Source: Raja brachyura
Taxonomy: Eukaryota
Direction: 5' to 3'
Length of the DNA stretch: 64,000 bases
Assembly (NCBI GenBank): GCA_963514005.1
Contig: OY740797.1
Coordinates: 23,250,001 to 23,314,000, forward strand
The translations under genes and the position numbers were made by a program. Positions 13,505 to 25,232 of the stretch are shown piece by piece. The notes below the pieces were generated by a model. The model was not told where the DNA came from and searched no databases. It saw only the letters and a list, made by a program, of their open reading frames with translations. How positions within the stretch are numbered: the first letter of the stretch is position 1; each line of letters opens with the position of its first letter.

Positions 13505-14056
13505 ATTATAACACAATACACATGAAGTTCAAACAAAATTTGGTTTCTGCAGTCGTACAACAAGAAAAGAACCAAGACACACACCAACACAATGTACACA
13601 AACATCCATCACAGTGAATCTCCTCTTCAAGCCGTGCCGGGCGAGGTAAGGCCCTTCTCCAGTTCACTTTCAACCCCGCAATTCGGGCAGGAGAAGTTGC
13701 CGTTGCGGGAGCTCCGAAAAGCGGTCTCCCATCAGCGCGCCACCACAGCTCTCCACACTACGAAGCCAGCCAGCTCCGCGATGGTAGGTCCGCAGCTCTG
13801 CCGGCTCCGCGACTGGAGCCCCCAGGTCGTTCCAGTTGGAGGCGGCTCCACTGTGCTAGGCCCCAACGACAACGGAGTCCCGACAGGGAAATGGTCGGGT
13901 CCCCGTACAGGGAAGAGATTTAAAAGTTTCCCCCACCCATACCCCCCGCCCCCCAACACATACGCAGTTAAAAACCCTCTACAAACTATACCCTCAACGG
14001 GACAAAAAAAAAGACAGACGGACTGCAGAGGCCGCTGCGATGTTGGTCGCGCCGCC
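13505..14056 (-). mobile_element. CpG-rich non-autonomous retroposon with Rex1-like tail
   Basis: Minus strand: ggcggcgcgacc...gtctgtc-T-run...G-run...gcggacctaccatcgcggagct...tgtgatggatgtttgtgta...; same layout as 18322-19045. Confidence 0.6.
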
Positions 14057-14952
14057 CAAAGTTTACGGTTTTAGTTAGCCGAACACTCTTGCAAACACCT
14101 CGTGCTACTAGGTCTACTTATTCAATATGACGAAGCTTGAGTCAGAAAAAGGAGACTATACTGTGTTGCGATTCAATTATCCAATTTAGACTCATTGCCT
14201 GTACTGTATCAAAAAAAGTAATTTGAATGTTACGGCAGTCGTGCAGTCATTGAGCTTTAGTCAGTCAATGAACAAAGGAATAAGTTAGTCAAGATTTGAA
14301 CATCAAATCTTTAAACATGATCTTTAGTAGACGCAAGGCCAACACAAAAAGTTATATTTGCAATTTCCAGGAATTTTACTCCTTATATTCCTTTTTAAGG
14401 AATCGCTTATAGATTATAATTTATTTCTGGTGCTTAAACTTTCAGATAATCGATAACTGAGTCAGCATTTCTGAATGCATGAACTCACCCTGAAATTGAC
14501 ATCTGTGTCAATAAATATAGATATTTAGTTGTCATTTTTCAGATCAAAAACAGTCCCAAATTACAACACGGGAGTTAAAAAGGATAGTTAGAGGGGTGAA
14601 GTGAGCTTTTAAAATGTTCTTAAAGGTGGTGGATTTTTGTAGCAACAATTCACGATTTCAAGGACATGAACATAATGGACATCCCTATGGGCGAACACAA
14701 TGCGGAGTTGCCTGGATCTAAGAGTCCAAGTTCTGTCTAGGTGAAATTAACCAAGGCAGATAGGAAAGTTACAGTTGGCTTAACACTACGGTAAGAACAA
14801 AAAATTGGTTTGAGTTCATTGTTAGTGGGGGGGTGGTCACCACTGACCAGAAAGTTAACCATTGAAGTCAAGTCGAGTTTATTGTCATATGCACAAGTAC
14901 AGTGAAAGAAAAATATTTAACAAAAAGATATTTGTGCAAATCGCATTTAGAA

Positions 14953-16040
14953 AGCAAGTCCTACATTGTGCAAGAGATGGCTGTGGTGCTTCATTGCCAA
15001 GGTTGATTATAGGTATGTTGCAAAACTTCCCTTTAGCGGCGCTGCACTTCTGCCGCTCCCCGTGTGCGCGACTTTGGCGCCTTTCAGAGGGGGCGGGCTT
15101 AAAGTGCCGTTTTTCAACAGACCTGGATAATCGATGAATGTCGGGCGATTTCGTTGCGGAAGAAAGATCGCTCCGACATTTCATCAATGAAGGTATTTTT
15201 AAATTACTCTAAATTATTTGTTATCTAGAGTAATTTAAAAATCACCTTCAAAAGCCGTGAGCACTGACAACCGGAAGGATTTTCCGTAAGGGAGAAAAAA
15301 AGGTAAATAGTTTATTTTTATATTAAAAGTTGGTTTTTTCGGGAGGCGTTAATAATATTTTTATGTTGCGAAATGGGGTCCCAAAAAATCTATGAACAAA
15401 CAGTATTTTTCCTCTCGACTTCACCGCTAACCACAACGTTCCAATCCACCGCATTCCACTAAAACCCACTCGCTAGTTGATTTAAATGGCCATTAATTTA
15501 CAGGCATAAAACACTAAATTCCTTCCATTTGGCCCAGAAATTCATGAAAATGAGATTTAAAAATTGTTATATTGTGGATTATTGTGTGAATGTTATTTGG
15601 ACACTTAGGCAATTTTAAAAAAGTTTATCTTTTCTTAAGAAATGGATAGATGTTTAGATCTACTCATTGAATTTTGTAATTAGCTACAATTAGATAACTA
15701 ACTAATTATATGCTTTAATTTCAGGTAATCCAAGTAAGATTGTTTAATATTTGTTTCAGAATGCTTCAATCTATAATAACTGAAAATTTCATTGAGTTCT
15801 CTTAATCTTTAAGAAAGTTATGGGCTTTTAACTTTTCCAGATCACAGCTTTTGAGTTAAGTCAATTGAAAGGCAATGGGGAGCAAGATGCTAATTTCCGA
15901 GTGTGAAAATGGCCATAACTTTCTTAATACTGAAGATATGAAAGTAAATTAGGTGTCAAATTAAACTTCTTTTTATGCTTTATCTGATGGGATAAATTGC
16001 AGACTTGATTTTTAAAATCTCAAAATTTTGTAACATTGCT
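14953..16040. mobile_element. Unclassified non-autonomous DNA-transposon-like repeat
   Basis: Sharp CpG-rich block followed by an AT-rich body; imperfect inverted ends agcaagtcctaca / tgtaacattgct; no TSD seen. Confidence 0.45.
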
Positions 16041-16049
16041 ATTGATTAG

Positions 16050-16525
16050 GGCTGTGAAGGTCAGTTTAAGAATCCTATGCTTGTGGGAAATGAACTGTAC
16101 CTGAACTTGGTGGTGTGGGACTTCAAATTTCTGTACCTCCTGCTCATCAGTAGCAGTGAAAAGAGGACATGGCTTGAATGGCGGAGATCCTTGATGATAG
16201 ATGTCACATACTTGAGGCAGTTTTTCATGTAGATGTGGAGGGCTGTGCCATTGATGGACTGAGTCCACCATTCTCTGCAGCCACTTGCGTTCCTGTGCTT
16301 TGTAAAGATGCTGCTGTCTTGAGGCACGTGCCATCTAGATGCTTTTGATGATGGGGAGGGCTGTGCCCATGATGGACTGGCTGAGTCCATTATACTCTGC
16401 AGCATCTTGTCTTCCTATGCATTGAAACTGCCATACCATGCCATGGTGTAACCAGTCAGGATACACTCTATAGTGCATCTAAAGAAGTTTGATTGTTAGT
16501 ATTAGAAGTTAGTATTTGGTGACAT
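16050..16525 (-). mobile_element. Rex1/Babar LINE 3' fragment
   Basis: Minus ORF SIIKDLRHSSHVLFSLLLMSRRYRNLKSHTTKFRYSSFP; internal partial duplication. Confidence 0.85.
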
Positions 16526-17641
16526 TTGGTTCACAGTTCAAAGAGGCCTGGGTTATAAGAGAAGCAACAATCAGGAGTGAGATAAATAGGGAGTTCAAGG
16601 GATGAATTGGAGGATCAGGAGATTGGAGTTAAGATTGGCTGGGAATTCACAAGCGATTGTTGTGAAAGAGGGCATGGAGCTCAATCATTTATTGCATTTG
16701 AAACAGAGATCTATCAATTTTTGGATATCGAAGGAGAATATCTTACCACCAGAAATTAGCTGAAGTTTGACTGAACTGCAGCTAGTTTTGCTGATCTTTA
16801 ATCTATTTTACAACAGGGCAGCAGATTGTAATGGATATAAATGTAATTATGTTTTTTTACAAAAGCAATAGTCATCCAAGGCACTCTATATGATAAACTG
16901 TTGACAGTAGCCCATTATAAAGATTTCATGCTGGGTAAAAGAGCTGCTCCTTCACTTGTTAAACCAACATATTGTCATAGAATTTGATACTGGCAACGGT
17001 ATATTTCAGTTAATATGATTTGAGGCCATTCTGTTTCTTTTCTACTTCTGTTGTTGAAGAGAAGCATCATAATGTAGACTATCTTAGTCCTCGTGCCCTC
17101 TCCTTCTTCCCCGAGTTACACTGTAGTGCCAGATGAGATGTCCACACATCAATAAGCGACTGGTTTGTGCAAAAGCCTTGAAAGCAGCACCTGTCCTTGC
17201 AGACATTTGGAATTTGAAGAAATTATAGAATGCATCATGGTTGTGGAATCCTTCTTACAACAGGAGAATCAAATTAGCAATTAACCCACCGCATTAAAAA
17301 CATAAACAATGTAAATAAATTAAACAATTGTAAACATCAATGCAAAAAAAAAAACTGGAGCTTGTCTTTTGCTGACAAAATCTTTGCTCACCGATTGTTC
17401 TTTGATCCCAGGCCTGCTCTAACCTAATGCAAGACTGTCCGCTACTGCTGAACTCCAGTGGTGGAGAGAGCCGTTAGATTCAGCCTTCCAAATCAGAAAG
17501 TTCTCACAGCACACATATTAAAGCCTATGATTTGGTTCAATCCATTATAACTGTTTTTCTCCCATTGATTTTGCATCATCTAATGAATATCTCCAAAATT
17601 TACTGTCTTTATTTCAGATTTCCAGCATATGCAATACTGCA

Positions 17642-18100
17642 AGAGTCAAGTCAAGAGTTTAATTGTCATATGTACTGACAATAGAACAATGAAATACTTG
17701 AAGCAGACCATAAATACAATGCACACAGATAAAATATAATATTTAATTTAAACAATCAATAAATTAATAACCATAATATTAGGTGGCCATAGTAGTGCAG
17801 CCAAATGAGGTTCTTAGTCCAACCAAAGACATAGTCCATTAGAAGTTTTTTTTCTGAGGAATCTGTTTTTGTACTCTTCAAGAGCCTGGTGATTGCTGGG
17901 AAGAAGCTTTCCTTGAACCTGGTGGTTAGGCTTTGCAGGCCATCTTCTCAATGGCAAGAGTAGAATGAGAGCATGGCCAGGGTGGTGTCGGCTTTGGATG
18001 ATATTAGCTGTCTTTTTTGGGCAGCGCCTCCTATAGATCCCTTCAGTGATGGGGAGGCCAGTACGTGTGATTGACTGCACAGTGTCGACCACACCACCGT
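17642..18100 (-). mobile_element. Rex1/Babar LINE 3' end
   Basis: Minus ORF ITGLPITEGIYRRRC..KTANII...HHPGHAL; (cttga)n-type tail at 17642-17660. Confidence 0.8.
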
Positions 18101-18321
18101 TGACTCGCACCACTGTCGTCTCACCAATTAAGACAGGTTCCTGGATTAACTCAGTGGGTCAGGCAACATCTCTGAAGAAAATGGATAGGTGATGTTTTGG
18201 GTTGGGTGATGGGGGTGGGGAGGATTGAAAGCAAAAAAAGACCAGGACAAATCAGGGCAGCCTCGGGCAGTGTGGTTCCTTGTTAGGCCAGTTGTTGGCT
18301 ATGGACGGTGTGATTTTCCAC

Positions 18322-19045
18322 CAGGGGCGCGGCACGATTGGCAGCCCCACTATTTGTCTTTTTTTTTTAATTTTTGTGTGTTAAAAGTTTGTGTAAATGT
18401 TCTCCGGTTTGTTTCATGTGGGGGGATGGGACAGGGTCAGGGAATTTTTTTTCTCAGTTTCTTACCTGGCTGGAGATGCGATTAATTTTCGGATCGCATT
18501 CTCTGGTCGCTCTGCGGCCTACCATTGATGGAGCTCGGACTGACCTTTGGGCCCCACCGCGGGGCTTGGACTTACATCGGAGTCGATCCTATGCCTGGGA
18601 TCGTTCCAACAGCAGCCTGCGGACTTTACATCAGGTGCTCGCAGGCTCGGGAGAGGCCGTGGATGTCAGGAGCTCCAACGTCGCGGAAGGTTCGACCAGC
18701 CCTGGCGTGGCATTTGATTGTCCGGCGCAGGGGAGCTGACATCCCCCCAATACAGGACTGATGGCCTCGACGTGGAGGGCCCAGCGCCGGCTACAGGAGT
18801 CAAAATCATCCCGTCAACGGTGGGCTCGAGACCCCCGACAGCGGGAGAGCAAAGGGTAGAGATTGAACTTTTTTTCGCCTTCCACCACAGTGAGGAATGT
18901 GGAGGAGTCACTGTGATGGATGTTTATGTTAAAATATGTTTTCTGTGTTCCGTTGCTTTTGATTTGTATGACTGACTTGGCAAATGAGATTTCTCATATG
19001 TTGCAAAACATACCTGGCTAATAAAGTATTATTGTGATTGTGATA
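18322..19045 (+). mobile_element. CpG-rich non-autonomous retroposon ending AATAAA + (attgtg)n
   Basis: ggggcgcggc head, T-run, G-run, gcggcctacc..ggagct core, tgtgatggatgtttatgt, aataaagtattattgtgattgtgat tail; related to 13505-14056. Confidence 0.65.
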
Positions 19046-20123
19046 TATTGTTGTGATCTGTGGAACCAGCTATATTACCTAAAAGTAGAGAATTCAAAGT
19101 TCACACCGCTAATTTGGCCTGGTCTTTTCTTGCTTCCAGTTTGTCCCTCCCTCACCTCCCTGCCAGTCCCCTCACACCCCCTCCCCCCTCACACCCCCTC
19201 CTCACAATCAGTCTGAAGAGGGCCCCAACCCAAAACGTCACCCATCTATTTACTCCAGTGATGCTGCCCGATCCGCAAAGTTCCTCCAGCATTTGTGTCT
19301 ATTGTTGGTATGAGTCAGCATCTGCAATTCCATTTTATTACATTCGGTTCATGGATTGGGGCTTTTCCTCTTGAAGTTAGTGATGATAAGATATACACCA
19401 GTTTCCCGTGTTTACCCAAGAAACAGCTAACAACGGCCTGTTTCCTTTATCGTCGTTACTCTTTTGCATGTCTTTCATTCATTGTTCTTTATCTCTCCAC
19501 ATCATCGCCTATATCTCTCGTTTTCATTTTCCCTGACTAGCCTGAAGAATGGTCTCGACCCAAATAATCACCCATTCCTTCTCTACGGAGTTGCTGCCTG
19601 TCCCGCTGAGTTACTCCAGCTTTTTGTGTCTAGCCTTGCTAATTCGTACTGATTGTGGTCTGTCGACCAGGATGTCGAGAATACAGTTACATAGTAATGA
19701 GCAGAGACCCCGTTCTGAGCTTGATTAGTTTGAAGGGGATGATGGTGTTGAGTGCTGAGCTGTAGTCAATGAAAAACAGCCTGGCATATTTTGCTTTTGC
19801 CCAAAATGTTATTTTGGTCTTGCCGATTTCTGTCTAATAACATTGTTTTCATTTTCCTGAGGCTTTTTCTCTCCATTATTGATGCTTCACAGATCCACGT
19901 TGTTGTTTGCTTCATATGCAATGAGGTCTTATGAAGAGAACACATGATAAATGAGCAGTTAATTTGTTTTTAATGCTGTTATTTGTAGGATTTTGACCAT
20001 AACATTAGAGTACAAGCTGTTGTTCTGCAGCTGGCTAAACAATTAAGGTATTAGATTATAGTTGCTTCCAAAGTGTGGCATCTCTACCAATATAACATTT
20101 CCAGATAATACACTGAAGTGTAG

Positions 20124-20745
20124 TAGAGTAAACCCTCGTTTAACGGTCCCCATTATAACAGATTTTGGTTATAGCGGTTGGCCCCCTTGACTCGCACCAT
20201 CTTCGCGGCTGCTTAGAGCGCAGGTTTCTGAGGGGCCCAGCCAGACGACAGTGCGCTTCCTTCCACCGCTGCATCTTTCGCTTTGTCCGCTCGATCACCG
20301 ACGCCTCCTCCTTGCGTCGCTCTGCCTTCCCCTCTGCTGCCGCCTCCTGTCGAGTCCGGGAGGAGGGAGGGAGGGAGAGAGAGGGAGGCCTCCTTCAGCC
20401 GGGCGGGGGGGCGGGAGGAGGAGGCGGTAGAGCCGCTGTCGCGGCCGCTGCTGCTGCTGTTCGGGGCCCGTCATTCGCTCCAACCCTTCGTCATCCACGC
20501 ACCTGGTATATTTGCCCCGCAATCAAAGATACTAGAGGAATACAGCCGCCGCCATCGACACGAAACGTCACGCTCCTATTCTCCAGAGATGCTGCCTGAC
20601 ACGCGGAGTTAGTCCAGTTTTTTGTGTCTATCGGTATAAACCAGTATTTGCTTGCCAAGCCGGGCAAAATGAGTCGGCGTTTAGGTTGCCCGGCGGCACT
20701 TTGGGTGGTCATTGGCACCCGGGCAACCGCTAATTTCGAGCCCTG
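20124..20745. mobile_element. Composite GC-rich DNA-element remnant (Tigger/pogo-like left end, hAT-like right end)
   Basis: Left tagagtaaaccctcgtttaacgg resembles pogo/Tigger TIRs; right taatttcgagccctg (CAGGG... on minus) with repeated cccgg/gggcaa subterminal motifs; Penelope terminal fragment at ~20556-20645. Confidence 0.5.
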
Positions 20746-23700
20746 GTCAAGAACATTTTAATGTTGGATTAACAAGCTGACTTGTTTATTAAACTGCCAT
20801 TTTCTGGGGGTGAAGGTAGACAAAAATGCTGGAGAAACTCAGAGAGGCAGCATCTATGGATCGAAGGAATAGGTGACGTTTCGGTTAAGTGAAATGACGC
20901 CTCCTCTGCTGCCGCCTCCTTGTCCAATTTCTGGGAGTCATCGACATACTCCACCTTGGAAGCGGCAGCAGGTGAGAGGGGAGAGAGCCCCTCTGTGACC
21001 AAGCGCATTTTATCATTGGTAGTGGCCTGAGGAATACACTGTCCCAGGGGCGACAACATGGGCTGCAACAACAGCCACGTGAACTGGTGTAGAATAACTC
21101 ACTGGTGCAGACCACATTAGTTTTAAGGTGAAATGATGCAAACTGCTGGAGTAACTCAGCAGACTGAATCAGTCTAAAGAAGGGTCCTGATGTCACCTAT
21201 CAATGTTTTCCAGCGATGCTGCCTGACCTGCAGTGTATAAACCATCATCTGCAGTTTGTTGTTTCAACTACATACAATGATAGTACCTTACTTGGTTAAT
21301 ATGGACAATCGGCAATACAAGACACAATTCCCCCCCACCATGGTCCGTTGTAACAAGAGTGTACTGTTTGTATTGCATACTCAAATTTTGGATTCAGGCC
21401 TGCACTTTGTGAATCATCAAAATAATGTGCTATTACAGAGCCAACACTACATTTTTTTCAACATTTTCCGCTTACCAAGGCATAAATGGCTTCTGAGCAT
21501 CTGCCTCATTTTTGGAGCAAGCCTGTGTACCTGTTGGATTGCTCTTAATGTTTAGCAGGAGCATTTGTCAAGTGACGCTTGTTGCCATAGTTACAAGGCA
21601 GTCTGGCTTCTATAGTGAATTTGTGTTACAGAATGCTTTTCACCACTGGGTAAAAGAGAAACAGTCTACTGGGCAGGAGGCATGGTGTTGGAGGGAAGAT
21701 ACTAACATGGATAGAAGGTTAGCTGAATGGCAGAAGGCAAAGAGTGGGAATAAAGGGGGCTTTTTCTTGTTGGCCGCTAGTAAGTGGTGGTGTTCCGCAA
21801 GGGTCGGTGCTGGAGCCAATACACTTCACGTTGTATATCAATGATTTGGATGAGGGAATTGAAGGCTCTGTGAATTTATGAATTTGATCATGCGCAGCAC
21901 CAAAGGGGATAATTAGTGGCTGTTGGAGTTGATCATCAGAGCCATAGTACATTGGTGGATGAGTTCCTCTGTGCAGTGATGGAGACACAAACAACTTTAG
22001 TTGTTGCAGCTTTAATCTTCCCTCATGTCAGAGTGGGAATTGTTATTAATGATTCACAATGGTGCATTGAGCTCTCAACCTTTATGTCCAGCAACTCTAG
22101 ACCACATTTAGGCATGGGTGAATAACTAACAGTAATAACAGTTATCATTTGCATCATGTAATTGTCAGCAAATGGGAATTGCCAACTTTCAAATAAATTC
22201 CCACCATCTGCATCCTGAGAGTGTCTAATAGCCAGAAACTTATCTGGATGTGCAATGTAAATACTGTCACTACTAGAGCAGGTGAGGGATTGGGGATCCT
22301 GGGGCATACGACTCAATTCCTAGCTTCCCAAAGCCTCTCATTCACTGACATATGTCCATCACTTGAGCATATGTGTGCAGAACGTTTAAATACTTTGCTC
22401 TTGCCGAAACGAGAGCACTCTGCAATATTTGAATCTTAACACCAAACAGGAAAAAGCAGCCTACATGATTAGTATCTGGATTCACCACCCTAATCATTCA
22501 TTCCTTCTAACACCAGCATGACTGCAATGCATATCTTTCACAACATGTATTTCTGCAAGCTGCCAAGTCACCTCCCAAAAACTCATCTGTCAACACTTAG
22601 AAGAACAAGGACAGTACATGCAAAGAAATGCATCACTTTCTTGTTTCACAACCAAACTGCATAACCTTATATATTTTAAATATATTACCATTCCTTCATT
22701 GTCACTGGGTCAAAATCCTGGGACTCCTATACAACAGCATCGTGAGCGTACCCTCACTACAAGGACTTCAGCATTGGTGCATCACCACCAACTTGTACTT
22801 AAACATAATAGCTAATGTTCTATTAACCTATAATGCCCATATCATGAATTAATGACAAATAACTGTGGTTTTGTGTTACTTGACATAAGTTGCGGTGTTT
22901 TTTTAAAAGGTTGGAGTCAAGAACATTTTAATGTTGGATTAACAAGCTGACTGTTTATTAAACTGCCATTTTCTGGGGGTGAAGGTAGACAAAAATGCTG
23001 GAGAAACTCAGCGGGTGAGGCAGCATCTATGGAGCGAAGGAATAGGTGTTGTTTCGGGTCGAGACCCTTCTTCAGACTCGTGTGGGGGGGGGGGAAGAAG
23101 AAGAGGCGGAGACAGTGGGCTGTGGGAGAGCTGGGATGGGAAGAGGAGAGGAAGGAGGGAGAAAGCAAGGACTACCTGAAATTGGAGCAGTCAATGTTCA
23201 TACCACTGGGTTGTAAACACATGCAATGTCAGCTGCCTGCTAGGATTAACCACATGCAGCTTCACAAGTTGTATGCAGAACAACAGCATGGGTGAGATTT
23301 TTAAACAGACCCAGATGTTGAAAACGTGCGGTCTTTTACGTTTAGAAGACAATGACATGGAAAGTAAATAGATTCATGCAGAGCAGAAATTTGTGAGCCT
23401 GGCGGAAATTGACCAGAGAGAAACTGCAATTGCAGTAGAGGCAAAAGGCTTGTAATGGAAACACTTTTGAATCTCTGCTGTTCCCATTTATGAGTGTGTG
23501 TGTGTGTGTATGTGTGTTTAAATACAGTATGTGTATATGTGTGATATATATATCACATAGTACTGATGGTAAATCTGCAGTTTAGTGTATATTCACCCAC
23601 CTCACTATTACAGTTCCAGCGGTCAGTATCGGGGTGTATGTCCAATTGTTTCATTGCATTATGTCCTACCTGAAAATCATCCCAACATTCGACCGTCCTT

Positions 23701-23983
23701 CAGGTGCATTGCCCTCTCAACTTTAACAGTGGCAGATACAATAGTGGCGTTTAAGAGACTTTTAGACTGGCATATGGATTTGCAGGGAGTAGAGGGATAT
23801 AAATGATGTGCAGGCAGACAAGAGTTGGGCTTGGCATTGTGTTCCACAGACAGTGTGAGTCGAAGGGCCTGTTCCTGTGCTGTACAGTTCTATGTAAAAA
23901 CAAGAACTGCAGATAATAAACAATGGACAGAAAGTGCTGGAATAATTCAGCCTGTCAGGGAGCATCTCTGGAAAACATGGGAA

Positions 23984-25232
23984 GGGGACAGATGCCGGGA
24001 GCGGGGCTGGCGAGTGTTTGCGGCAGCCCCTGGCATGGAGCAGCCCCAGTGCAAGAGTCCCGGGCCGTTGGAGGCGTCGGAGGCCGTTGGAGGTGCCGAA
24101 GGGACAGAGACTCTCAAAGGGAGGGGGAGAGAGAGAGGGGAAGGAGACAGTGGAGGAGAGACGGAGGGAGAGAGAATGGGGAGGGAGAGGGGATGGAGAG
24201 GGGGAAGAGGGAGAGGGAGGGGGAGGGTGAGAGGGGGGAGAGGGAGGGAGGGGAGAGAGGGGGAGAAAGAGAGAAATGGGGAAAGAGAGAGAGAGAAGGG
24301 GGCAAAGAGAAAAAGGAGACAGAGAAGAAAGAGAGGGGAGTGAGAGGGTAGAGAGAGCAAGGGGGAGAGTGAGGTGGGAGGGAGAAATGGGGGGGAGAGA
24401 GAGAGGGGGAGATAGAAAAGGAGGGAGGAAGGGAGGGGGTGAGAGTAATACAATGTGAAAACAGGCCCTTTGGCGCAACTTGCCCACACCCGCCAACATG
24501 ACCCAGCAACACCACCTGCTTTTGGTCCACATCCCTCCAAACCTGTCCTATCCATGTATCAGTCTAACTGTTTATTAAATGTTGGGATGGCCCCTGCCTC
24601 AACTACCTCCTCGGGAACTTGTTCCATACACCCATCACCCTTTGTGTGGAAAAAGTTACCTCTTAAAAATAATTCATACAAAAAACATTGAAATCATACT
24701 TCTACAATGCACTGAAACATGATTTTAATACATCAAATTTCAAAAAGTCCATACGCTGGGAGGTGGGACAACCCACCTCCACACCCTCTCCTCACTCGGT
24801 TGCTCCACTCCCTCGCCGAGTCCCCCCAAGGCCAGAGATCAGTGATCACTCACCCTCCCCACTTTCAAAAACGCTCCGCAGTCCCTGGTTCAGACGGAAA
24901 ACACTGCCAGATGTGAGCGGGGAACTGAGGCCAGTTGTCCATGATGTCTTGAACCCAATGCTCAGCGCTTCATGTTTCAGAGTTGGCTAATGTTATTGAT
25001 TTGTAATTAGCCTGATTTGTAATTAGTTGACAAAACCTTAATTTATTAATCTGGAATATCCAGGGGGATGGGATAAGTGTAATATTAAAATGACATGCAA
25101 GGTGTCAGGCTGTCTGTCACAACATACAGCCCCGATAACCCATGATTTCTTTCAGTTAAATATTGGGAAAGTAGCACTATTGTCATTTGCCACTCAACTA
25201 TTATGTTTGTTTACGTCATTGGCTATTTCTAA
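23984..25232 (-). mobile_element. Truncated inverted copy of the 42152-45536 hAT-like element
   Basis: ORFs 24688..24990(+) and 25090..25275(+) are near-identical to 42480..42782(-) and 42116..42382(-); shares the GA tract, CR1 cargo and GC-rich repeats; both TIRs are missing. Confidence 0.9.

Noticed and set aside
20165-20745. CpG island as the gene promoter or first exon
   Set aside because: Bounded by transposon-like termini, contains a Penelope fragment, and part recurs at ~20898-20925; more likely element interior. Promoter use cannot be excluded without TSS data.
23762-24555. Overlapping 140-256-aa ORFs on both strands
   Set aside because: GA-rich tract of the duplicated hAT-like element; no domain signal.
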